Under the pieces are notes generated by a model that saw nothing but the letters and a program-made list of their open reading frames with translations, had not been told where the DNA came from and did no database searches. A program made the position numbers and the translations under genes. A stretch of DNA of 35,171 bases from a virus (taxonomy: Duplodnaviria; Caudoviricetes), in IMG/VR virus record IMGVR_UViG_3300020042_008651, positions 1-35,171 of that record; one strand, written 5' to 3'. Positions 17,302 through 24,944 of the stretch are shown here, piece after piece (positions within the stretch are counted from its first letter, which is position 1; every line of letters begins with the position of its first letter).

Positions 17302-17718
17302 TTATGGTTGGTATACTATTAATGTGTTATCTACTGAATCATAAGTTATGTCGGTATTATTTGCAAATACTACATAAACTAATCCATCTTCTACTTCTTT
17401 TGTTATAAAAGGAACTGCCGCTTGTGCATTAGCAAGTCCACTTGTGTTTGCTAAACTTGTTTGATAAACTTTGTAATCATAATATCCTTGAGAACCAAGT
17501 GTGACTTCTCCATTTAAAGTGTTAGCACTTGCCTTTTCAATTATTGTAAACTTGTTGAATCTATCTTTGTATGCACTTATGTCCGTTCCTATAAAATAAT
17601 AACTAACAAGTGTTTGTTGACTCACAAATTTAAACAAATAAATCGGATTAGAAATAGTAGTATTTTCTTTTAAGGTTACTATTATATTATTTGTTGCCGA
17701 TTTGTTAAACTTTATCAT
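17302..17718 (-). CDS. Putative head-closure / structural protein
   Basis: Start moved to ATG 17718 (MIKFNK, 138 aa); the track's GTG start lies within the terminator. Confidence 0.6.
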   Translation of the reverse strand: MIKFNKSATNNIIVTLKENTTISNPIYLFKFVSQQTLVSYYFIGTDISAYKDRFNKFTIIEKASANTLNGEVTLGSQGYYDYKVYQTSLANTSGLANAQAAVPFITKEVEDGLVYVVFANNTDITYDSVDNTLIVYQP

Positions 17719-17754
17719 ATCTAATAATATATTAATTGTTATTTTTATATGCAT

Positions 17755-17781
17755 AAAAAAACCCACTCATAAAGAGTAGGT
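17755..17781 (-). terminator. Rho-independent terminator after the major tail gene
   Basis: ACCTACTC-TTTAT-GAGTGGGT followed by T6. Confidence 0.75.
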
Positions 17782-17809
17782 CTTTTATATGAAAACAATG
17801 AAAAGAAAT

Positions 17810-18328
17810 TTAAACTATAATAGTTGCTAACAATGATGCTAATGCTTCTTGTGAGAAGGCTTTTTCCTGACCCATAAAAGTCAAACTGTAGCCATTAAAC
17901 TCATTCATATTTGCACCACTTGTAGCAGTTCCACCTGACACTTGCATACCATTTTCTTTACCAAAAATAAATGCTTGACCAGACTTCATTTCTACAATAA
18001 TCACACATCTATTTTGTATCAATAATGATAATTTAGCAGATGTGGCTTGTTGCATCTTTAAGAAGTTTGCGGTGATAGTTTGCTCATAAGCAACGGTACC
18101 GATTGCAGGGTCTGATTGTATTGCTACACTTGTCATATTAGCACCACGAGGTTCTAACTCATATTTATAAAAACGAGTGCCTGTTGCTTTAGTGATTGCC
18201 GAAACAATTCCACTTGAATTTTCAGCATATGATGTTACATTAGCCAACTCGGTAATGTATAGATTTTTTATTCCGCCGACCGTGTCTTTACAGTCTAAAG
18301 CATAATTTGATACGATTGCACAAGGCAT
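17810..18328 (-). CDS. Major tail (tube) protein
   Basis: MPC...CKDTVGGIK start, FGKENG, NGYSLTF; follows the capsid gene. Confidence 0.7.
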   Translation of the reverse strand: MPCAIVSNYALDCKDTVGGIKNLYITELANVTSYAENSSGIVSAITKATGTRFYKYELEPRGANMTSVAIQSDPAIGTVAYEQTITANFLKMQQATSAKLSLLIQNRCVIIVEMKSGQAFIFGKENGMQVSGGTATSGANMNEFNGYSLTFMGQEKAFSQEALASLLATIIV

Positions 18329-18343
18329 TTTGATTAGGGGTTT

Positions 18344-18377
18344 AAAAAAGGTAGTAACTTTATGCTACTACCTTTTT
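18344..18377 (-). terminator. Rho-independent (bidirectional-type) terminator after the capsid gene
   Basis: AAAAA-GGTAGTAGC-ATAAA-GTTACTACC-TTTTTT. Confidence 0.8.
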
Positions 18378-18383
18378 GGTTAA

Positions 18384-19325
18384 TTATATTGTGAATTTAA
18401 CAATCTCAGCTACTTGAGAAACTTGAACACCAAACTTGTATTCCATTTTGAATCTTACCAAGTCAAAGTCTTCTGAGTACCAGAATTTAAAGGACTCTTC
18501 TTCGTTCTGAAGGTCAACTCCCATAAACATATTAGCATCTTGTAAAGCATAAATTACGTTTACGTTGTTCAAACCTGGACAAGAAACTACTTTTACATTT
18601 GTTCCGTGGATAAACATTTCGCCTAATGCATTGTCAACCGCTGTATAGTTAAATAAATTTGCGTTAGTTAATGCGATTTGATACATTCTAAAAATGTGAG
18701 TTCCAACGTTTACTTTTAAATCTGTTTTGTCTAATAAAGCTATTGGAATTGCTTTGTAAACACCTTGCATAATTGAAATAATGTTTGCTTCAGTGATTGC
18801 TGTAACTACAGCACTTACATAAGCAGTTGCATTAGCTTGAATAGGACCAGTTGCGGCATTGATAATTTTTACCAAACCATCAAATTTGTTTAAGTTAGGA
18901 TTACCACTTGCTGTATCTCCTGTCCAAATAGCTACTTCTAATTGTTCAGAATTTGTACCTGTAACGGTATTTACAAAGGCTTGGTCAATACCACCAGGTA
19001 AAGCACTATAATTAGAACCTGGAGATAATAATAATTGAGTGTATTTTGCTTCAAGGTCTTTGATACAGAATTCTTTGTTAACTTTGATTTTACCAATGGT
19101 CAAAGTTCTACCACTAATTGTTGTGTTTCCACTTGCTGAAAATCCACAAGTTGAACCATCTTGCCAAAATAAAGTGTCCGATAAAGTTGGAACTTCTATT
19201 GAAGATTTTACTCCAGTTAAAGGAGTCATTCTTGAAGCTGTTTTTGCTTCAAACATTGCCTTTGTAATCAAAACATTTTCGTTCGGATTGGTATAGGCTG
19301 CTAAACTTGATACTACGAATGCCAT
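18384..19325 (-). CDS. Major capsid protein
   Basis: 313 aa, IWTGD..FDG motif; follows the scaffold and precedes a terminator. Confidence 0.85.
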   Translation of the reverse strand: MAFVVSSLAAYTNPNENVLITKAMFEAKTASRMTPLTGVKSSIEVPTLSDTLFWQDGSTCGFSASGNTTISGRTLTIGKIKVNKEFCIKDLEAKYTQLLLSPGSNYSALPGGIDQAFVNTVTGTNSEQLEVAIWTGDTASGNPNLNKFDGLVKIINAATGPIQANATAYVSAVVTAITEANIISIMQGVYKAIPIALLDKTDLKVNVGTHIFRMYQIALTNANLFNYTAVDNALGEMFIHGTNVKVVSCPGLNNVNVIYALQDANMFMGVDLQNEEESFKFWYSEDFDLVRFKMEYKFGVQVSQVAEIVKFTI

Positions 19326-19353
19326 AATTTTTTTTTATTTATTTTTTTTTAAT

Positions 19354-19896
19354 TTATATGTTACTATTTTTCCATTCAGCAATTCTATCTGCGGCTGATT
19401 GTTTTGTTTTTGCTTTTTTAAATGTTGAGTTCTTAGGTGCTTCAACTTCTACGATTGGTTCTTCAGCAATTGTCTCAACTATTTCTTTTATTTCATTGAA
19501 TTTTGAATCTACATTTTGACTTGCTAATTCTACTGCACTAAACATCTCCGACATTTTAGTTTCCATTTCAGCAATTTTCTTTTCACAAGATGCCATTCTC
19601 TCTTCATAAGCACTCATATCATTAGGTGCTGCCATTTCTTCTTCTACTTCTTCTGATTTTGGTTCTATCATTGTTACCAAACCTCCTACTGTAGTTACTA
19701 AAGTACCATCACTTAATTCGTGAGTAGCATCGGGAGCAGGTGTAGTGTTACCATCGGTATCAATTACCATAATTGCTGAACCTTCACCCAATTCACCTTC
19801 CCATTGTATAAGTGTGCCATCGGCTAATTTTGCATCATTAAAATTTTCATTTTGAAACAATGCTTTTATCTTTGCGAACGCATTAAATTTTGTCAT
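19354..19896 (-). CDS. Capsid scaffolding protein
   Basis: Acidic, repeated L(A/S)DGT, coiled coil; directly upstream of the capsid gene. Confidence 0.7.
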   Translation of the reverse strand: MTKFNAFAKIKALFQNENFNDAKLADGTLIQWEGELGEGSAIMVIDTDGNTTPAPDATHELSDGTLVTTVGGLVTMIEPKSEEVEEEMAAPNDMSAYEERMASCEKKIAEMETKMSEMFSAVELASQNVDSKFNEIKEIVETIAEEPIVEVEAPKNSTFKKAKTKQSAADRIAEWKNSNI

Positions 19897-19915
19897 TTTT
19901 GTTTATTTATTTGCT

Positions 19916-19931
19916 TAATAATATACATAAT
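19916..19931 (-). repeat. 16-bp inverted repeat, left copy (contains the late motif TATATTATT)
   Basis: taataatatacataat is the reverse complement of 21027-21042. Confidence 0.8.
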
Positions 19932-20041
19932 TTATTTTTTTGTTTTAATTGTCAATTATTATAATTATTAAAAAATTTATGAATTTTATTATTCTTATTT
20001 TCAATCACTTATAAAATAAATAAAATTATTTTGAAAATAGT

Positions 20042-20087
20042 TTTGCGAATATCAAAAGTATTTTTACATTTGTGAGGTCAAAAAGAC
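20042..20087 (+). promoter_or_regulatory. Early promoter, -33/-7 boxes plus GGTC element
   Basis: TTTG-N19-TACATTTG-TGA-GGTCAAAAAGAC. Confidence 0.8.
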
Positions 20088-20096
20088 ATAACAATT

Positions 20097-20225
20097 ATGA
20101 GAAACAAGATAAAAGAAATCAAAAAATTAAGCCCACTACATAGAGAATATTTAATCTATAAAATCTATATGAGTGCTTTCGTAATAGCAATATTATTAAT
20201 GGTCATTAACAATTTAATCAAATAA
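20097..20225 (+). CDS. 42-aa single-TM peptide (not in ORF track)
   Basis: MRNKIKEIKKLSPLHREYLIYKIYMSAFVIAILLMVINNLIK, first ATG after the promoter. Confidence 0.6.
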   Translation: MRNKIKEIKKLSPLHREYLIYKIYMSAFVIAILLMVINNLIK

Positions 20226-20230
20226 ACAAA

Positions 20231-20839
20231 ATGGAAAACGTAAAATTAAATTTAAGTTCAGTAAAAGTAGGAAACTACAGATTTGAAATCTATGAAGAGG
20301 CTCTACAAGTAGGAGGAGGTATTATTATGAAGTATTTTGCAAAAAAGTTTCTTTTAACTCCTAAAGGTAAGTATCAAAAAGAAAAGTGTTTGTTCTTTTA
20401 TGCTTTTAGAGATGAATCAGTAAGAGATGAGAAAGTGAGCAAAAATATTGACAATATCACTGCCAATTTAATTACTCTTGAGAATGAGAAGGCTCAAAAA
20501 AAAGAGGCTCAAAAAAACCTTGTTAATCCTTTTAAAGTAGGTTCTTTGTTTTATGATTCGTGGGGTTATGACCAAACTAATATTGATTTCTTCCAAGTAG
20601 TTGAAGTTAAACCAAAGTCAGTAGTATTGAGAAAGATTGGTCAAATATTCCACAAGAGTGCAGGTTTTATGTGTGAATATGTTCTTGCTGATGTTGACAA
20701 TTTCATAGGAGAGCCTTTCGCAAGACCATTGAGAGTTAGTAGAGATGGAAAGTCAATTGGAGTGAATGCGGAGATGTCAAGAAGAGGGTTGTTGTTTGAA
20801 TATCACGGTCAGCCTAAGTATCAATCACATTATGCATAA
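20231..20839 (+). CDS. Conserved hypothetical phage protein
   Basis: 202 aa with FKVGSLFYDSWGYDQTNIDFFQVV motif (SH3-like barrel suspected). Confidence 0.8.
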   Translation: MENVKLNLSSVKVGNYRFEIYEEALQVGGGIIMKYFAKKFLLTPKGKYQKEKCLFFYAFRDESVRDEKVSKNIDNITANLITLENEKAQKKEAQKNLVNPFKVGSLFYDSWGYDQTNIDFFQVVEVKPKSVVLRKIGQIFHKSAGFMCEYVLADVDNFIGEPFARPLRVSRDGKSIGVNAEMSRRGLLFEYHGQPKYQSHYA

Positions 20840-21002
20840 TACGAGCAGAGGCGGGAAAAGAATTGGTTCAGGCAGAAAATCTGGACCAATCACAAAGACA
20901 ATCTCATTCCGAATCACTGAAGAGTTGTACTTTGAAACAAAAAATAAAAATATAATTGATTTAAACAAAAAATTTGTTCAATGGGTAAAAAACTTAAAAT
21001 AA
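20832..21002 (+). CDS. Small DNA-binding protein (GGxRxGxGRK hook plus RHH-like strand)
   Basis: Start moved to ATG 20832 (56 aa): RGGKRIGSGRK..KTISFRI. Confidence 0.65.
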   Translation: MHNTSRGGKRIGSGRKSGPITKTISFRITEELYFETKNKNIIDLNKKFVQWVKNLK

Positions 21003-21026
21003 CAAAAGAATTTTATAATAAATGTC

Positions 21027-21042
21027 ATTATGTATATTATTA
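21027..21042 (+). repeat. 16-bp inverted repeat, right copy (late motif facing ORF 21088)
   Basis: attatgtatattatta. Confidence 0.8.
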
Positions 21043-21087
21043 TCAATAAAAATACATATATTGTAAACCTAATAAATAATTTAAAAA

Positions 21088-21258
21088 ATGGATATAATAA
21101 TAGATAATAAACCAGTTGAGATTGAATCTTATGAAAAGGTTCTTACTGAATTAATTAATGGTAGACCACCAGTCAATGAGAATGAAAGAGAAATAGTTGC
21201 TGAATTAGAGCAAATGAAAAAGGAAAATTTTATTCCTTATATTCCTTCTAACCTTTAG
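21088..21258 (+). CDS. 56-aa acidic protein, candidate antitoxin (not in ORF track)
   Basis: MDIIIDNKPVEIESYEKVLTELINGRPPVNENEREIVAELEQMKKENFIPYIPSNL; 12 D/E vs 6 K/R; A-rich leader; 11-nt tail-to-tail overlap with the zeta gene. Confidence 0.7.
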   Translation: MDIIIDNKPVEIESYEKVLTELINGRPPVNENEREIVAELEQMKKENFIPYIPSNL

Positions 21259-22162
21259 ACTTATTTAAAAACTTTTTATAAGCGGTAGGATTATAAATAG
21301 TTTCTTTACCATTAGCTTTACTATATATTAATTTTGGAGTAGTTCCATTATTATCATATAAATGTAATTCATTAAATACATTATTTTTAGATAGCTTAGG
21401 GAATATAGTGGATATTTCTCTATGCATATCTTTAATATATTTAGGAGGTATGTGTCTTCCAGTATCAGCTGCTCTTTGTTTTGCTCTATCTAAAGATGTT
21501 TTAACATCTGTAGTTACATAATGAGCAATTACATTTTTACCCGCATCTCTTTGCATTTTAACTTTGTCTGCCACACTTTGATAACTACCATCTCCAACCG
21601 CATCAATAACCGCATCAAATTTATTATTTGCTGCATTTTTAACTATATCTTTTGAAAGTTTAGAACTTTCCTCGTGTACTTTTGATGCTGCTTTAAAATT
21701 TTTACTCTCAAGCATTTTATTATATTCTGGCAATTCTTTTTTTATTCCATCTGGGTCAATTTTAAGAATACCACTTGGATATGTAACTAATCCAGATGAC
21801 TCTAAAGAACTTTTGCCTGTTGCCGGCGCTCCTCCTAAAAAATAACTTGTTCCTAAATTAGTTGAACCTTTTGACATTTCTTTATCAATTATTTCTTTTT
21901 GAAATGCTACTCTCTCTTCATTAAAATTACCATCTTTATCTGAATATAATTTTAAGGTGTCAATTTCTGGACTTGATAATAATTTATCTACATTTGCTTG
22001 TGCTTCTTTCTGATATTTGGCAGTTATTTCTTGAGGAGATTGTCTCCCTATTTTACCAATATTATTTTTTTCAGAGTCACTTCCTCCTTCTTTAGTTCTA
22101 CCACTTCCTGGACCTCCAAATCTTACAAATCTTATTAATTCTATTGCTTGTTCTCTTTTCAT
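21248..22162 (-). CDS. Zeta-toxin (PezT-like) P-loop kinase with N-terminal GGPGSGR leader
   Basis: GGAPATGKS Walker A, IDPDGIK..LPEY, VHEESS, VIDAVG, R...TGRHIP and LYDN motifs. Confidence 0.85.
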   Translation of the reverse strand: MKREQAIELIRFVRFGGPGSGRTKEGGSDSEKNNIGKIGRQSPQEITAKYQKEAQANVDKLLSSPEIDTLKLYSDKDGNFNEERVAFQKEIIDKEMSKGSTNLGTSYFLGGAPATGKSSLESSGLVTYPSGILKIDPDGIKKELPEYNKMLESKNFKAASKVHEESSKLSKDIVKNAANNKFDAVIDAVGDGSYQSVADKVKMQRDAGKNVIAHYVTTDVKTSLDRAKQRAADTGRHIPPKYIKDMHREISTIFPKLSKNNVFNELHLYDNNGTTPKLIYSKANGKETIYNPTAYKKFLNKSKG

Positions 22163-23055
22163 TAATTATCAATTTGTTTAACTATATCAATCATTTGTTC
22201 AATTAAATCTTTTGGTTTCTCATCTATCTTTTCGGTCTTAAAAACACCTTCAACCGAGAACCCTTTAAACTCACCTGTCTTGATAAAATTATTCCAAATA
22301 TCTTCGTTATCTACTTTATAACTACCGAACCAACTACCATCAGTTAAGTTAAATCCTTTTGGAGAATTGATATCTCTTGAACTATCAATGATGAAATTTT
22401 CAATCATATAAACACCATCCAACATTTTGGATGAATCGTGCATCATATTTACCTCTTTATCCTTTGAATGCTTGAAGAATTTATTTCTTAGGTTGTATAT
22501 ATCCACCGCAGTAAAAACTCCGTAATACTCGCCACTTTCATCTCTTCTATAAATTGGTAAATCGGCAACCATCAAAGCACCACTAATAACTTTTTTTTCT
22601 TTGTCGGCAACAAATGATATAAACTTATTTTTTTTATCAATTTGCTCAAGTTTTCTTGTTGCCCATTCAACACCTGCATCTCCTCCCCAAGCTAACCACA
22701 TCAAACGACCACAACCATCTCCTAATTTCTTATCACTATTTTGTCTATGTCTTTCAAAGGCACTCATTCTCGCTATGGTTTCACGAGTTATCGGTTCTCC
22801 TTTTGCTAATTGATTAGCCCGTTGTTTTCCAACACTTGTACCGCAATCTCCCCATCCATTTTTCTCGGCATAATCCAAAGCAGTTTGTGCATTTTCACTC
22901 GCTTGTTTTGGGTAGTCATCATAGCTTTCAAAGTCTTGCTTATTAAATGTTTGCCAATTTAATTCAATAGCAGGATTATCTACTAATGCCATTGCCTCTA
23001 ATTGACATTCATCTTCTTCTCCAACTACAAATCTATAAATAGGTAATTTGTCCAT
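22162..23055 (-). CDS. Prohead serine protease (XkdF-like) with ~98-aa inserted domain
   Basis: LVDNPAIE, NMMH and GFSVEG motifs; insertion at aa 43-140 containing WLAWGGDAG. Confidence 0.8.
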   Translation of the reverse strand: MDKLPIYRFVVGEEDECQLEAMALVDNPAIELNWQTFNKQDFESYDDYPKQASENAQTALDYAEKNGWGDCGTSVGKQRANQLAKGEPITRETIARMSAFERHRQNSDKKLGDGCGRLMWLAWGGDAGVEWATRKLEQIDKKNKFISFVADKEKKVISGALMVADLPIYRRDESGEYYGVFTAVDIYNLRNKFFKHSKDKEVNMMHDSSKMLDGVYMIENFIIDSSRDINSPKGFNLTDGSWFGSYKVDNEDIWNNFIKTGEFKGFSVEGVFKTEKIDEKPKDLIEQMIDIVKQIDN

Positions 23056-23074
23056 AAGTAATAATATATTTATT

Positions 23075-24940
23075 TTATTTTATTGTAGCTTTTCTTAGTA
23101 TACCTTTTACTTTATCTTGGGTGTTAGTAATGTCGGTTTCAACTACTATCACTTTTCCCGTAGTGTTTATATTATTTATGTCAATTGGTTTATTTTGATT
23201 TAACATAGCACCACTTAATGACTGAGGAATTCTTGGTATTGTTTGAGACATTGTAGGAAGATTACCTCCTCCTCCTCCACTTTGATTTGGAATAGGTGTA
23301 TCAATAATTCCTTTAACCGCAGCAAGTCCCGCCAAACCGATTGCAATTGATGAGGCAATAGCTAAAGGTGTGTTTGCTGCATTGGCGGCTAAAGTCTTTG
23401 CTATTGCGGTGTAGGTAGATATAGTTGCTGCAGCTATGGATAACACTTTACCTTCAACGGTATTCTTTCCAACCAAATCACTTATAACATTTAATGAGTT
23501 TGCATAAGAATCCAATAATTGCAATTTTGCATCTTTCTCTTTTCTTGCTATTTCTATTTTTGCATCACTTACTTGCTTCTCGGTTAAAAGATGTTTCTCC
23601 CCTAACTCATCTAATGCTTTATACCTTTCCTCTGTGCTTTCTAACTCATCTTTTGCTATTGCTTTTAAATCTTCAATATGAGATGCCTTTTGTTCGGCAG
23701 TTGCTAAGTCTATACTATCTTGTCTTCTCTTCTCTCTATCTTTTACAAATTTGTCTTTATCTATTTCAAGTTTTTCAATACTTCTATTATAGTCTCCTTG
23801 AGTTATTACTTTATTTTTTAGATCAGTATCTAATATCTTTTTTTCAATTTTTTGTTGAGCCTCTAATTCGGCTACAGTCCTCGTACCTTTTGCTTTTAAT
23901 TGGTCAAGTTCAAATACTAATTCAGATTTCTTTTCCGCTTGTATTTTTAAATTTTTTTGCTTCTCTAACTCTTTTAAATCTTTATTATGACCAGCAATTA
24001 AAACCTTCTCCTCTTGTCTTAATTTCTCAAGTTCATCTTTGTTATCTACTGCAGCTTTTTGTTTTAATCTATTTAGTTCTAATTCGTGCTTATAAGTTTT
24101 TTGACCACTTGCTCTTTCTATTTCTAATTCCTTTTCTCTTTGCTTGATTAATCGGTCTAACTTTTCTGCTGCTGCTGCTTCTTCATTTGCTTTTATTCCT
24201 GCTTCTGCACCCTTCTTATAATTGCCTACTATATTATAACCATTTTTTATTTCTTCTAATGCACCTTTAAAATCACCTTGTATTAATTTACTAAATGTTT
24301 TGAATGGCATAAGTATAGCATTCTTAATAACTTCACCTGCACCATAAGCTACTTCACGAAGTTTATCAAATATTTTACCCATATCATTAAAGATAGGGAA
24401 TGAATTTTTAACTACTTTTGATATTGCTTCCCAATTTGCATAAAGTAATCCTGCTGCTACAACTATCAAACCTATTCCCGTAGCACCTATTCCTGCTTTG
24501 ATTCCTTTTAATGCATCTCCTGCAACATTCTTTAAGTTCTTCCAAGCATCTCCCATTCCCATCAATCCATTCAAACCTGTAGCTAAAGCAATTGCACCTT
24601 GAGTCTTTGCCATTACTTTATTCAAGTCTTCACTTTCACTTCCCATTAATGCCATTGCACCTTGCATAGCCGCAAAACCATTTGCCGCAATACCAACTGT
24701 ATCGGCTAATGCTTGAAACTTTTTCTCGGGATGAAAAGCATTAATAGTATCTTTTGTATCACTTATTTTATCTCGTAATTCTCCTGCTCTTTTTGCCGCG
24801 TTAACGAATGCCTCACTACCTTCTTCAAGAGTCATCAATTCATTTGTTACTTGTCGTAATTCTGACTTTAAACTCTTAACCGATGCTACCGCAGAAGTTG
24901 CTTTTACTTCAACATCTACTACTACTTTTTCTGTTGCCAT
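23075..24940 (-). CDS. Tape measure protein
   Basis: 621 aa, A/G-rich hydrophobic segments flanking a long K/E coiled coil. Confidence 0.8.
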   Translation of the reverse strand: MATEKVVVDVEVKATSAVASVKSLKSELRQVTNELMTLEEGSEAFVNAAKRAGELRDKISDTKDTINAFHPEKKFQALADTVGIAANGFAAMQGAMALMGSESEDLNKVMAKTQGAIALATGLNGLMGMGDAWKNLKNVAGDALKGIKAGIGATGIGLIVVAAGLLYANWEAISKVVKNSFPIFNDMGKIFDKLREVAYGAGEVIKNAILMPFKTFSKLIQGDFKGALEEIKNGYNIVGNYKKGAEAGIKANEEAAAAEKLDRLIKQREKELEIERASGQKTYKHELELNRLKQKAAVDNKDELEKLRQEEKVLIAGHNKDLKELEKQKNLKIQAEKKSELVFELDQLKAKGTRTVAELEAQQKIEKKILDTDLKNKVITQGDYNRSIEKLEIDKDKFVKDREKRRQDSIDLATAEQKASHIEDLKAIAKDELESTEERYKALDELGEKHLLTEKQVSDAKIEIARKEKDAKLQLLDSYANSLNVISDLVGKNTVEGKVLSIAAATISTYTAIAKTLAANAANTPLAIASSIAIGLAGLAAVKGIIDTPIPNQSGGGGGNLPTMSQTIPRIPQSLSGAMLNQNKPIDINNINTTGKVIVVETDITNTQDKVKGILRKATIK

Positions 24941-24944
24941 TTAT

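Noticed and set aside
22636-22929. Protease insertion as an intein
   Set aside because: No N-terminal C/S junction with a C-terminal HN, and no LAGLIDADG or HINT-like motifs
23494-24147. 217-aa plus-strand ORF, and other antisense ORFs (3628, 3919, 5070, 6338, 7901, 14029, 15432, 16819, 17217, 19039, 22601, 25253, 26461, 27490, 28407, 29806, 31975, 33112, 33769, 34911)
   Set aside because: They lie opposite well-supported minus-strand genes and have the L/F/S-rich composition typical of shadow frames
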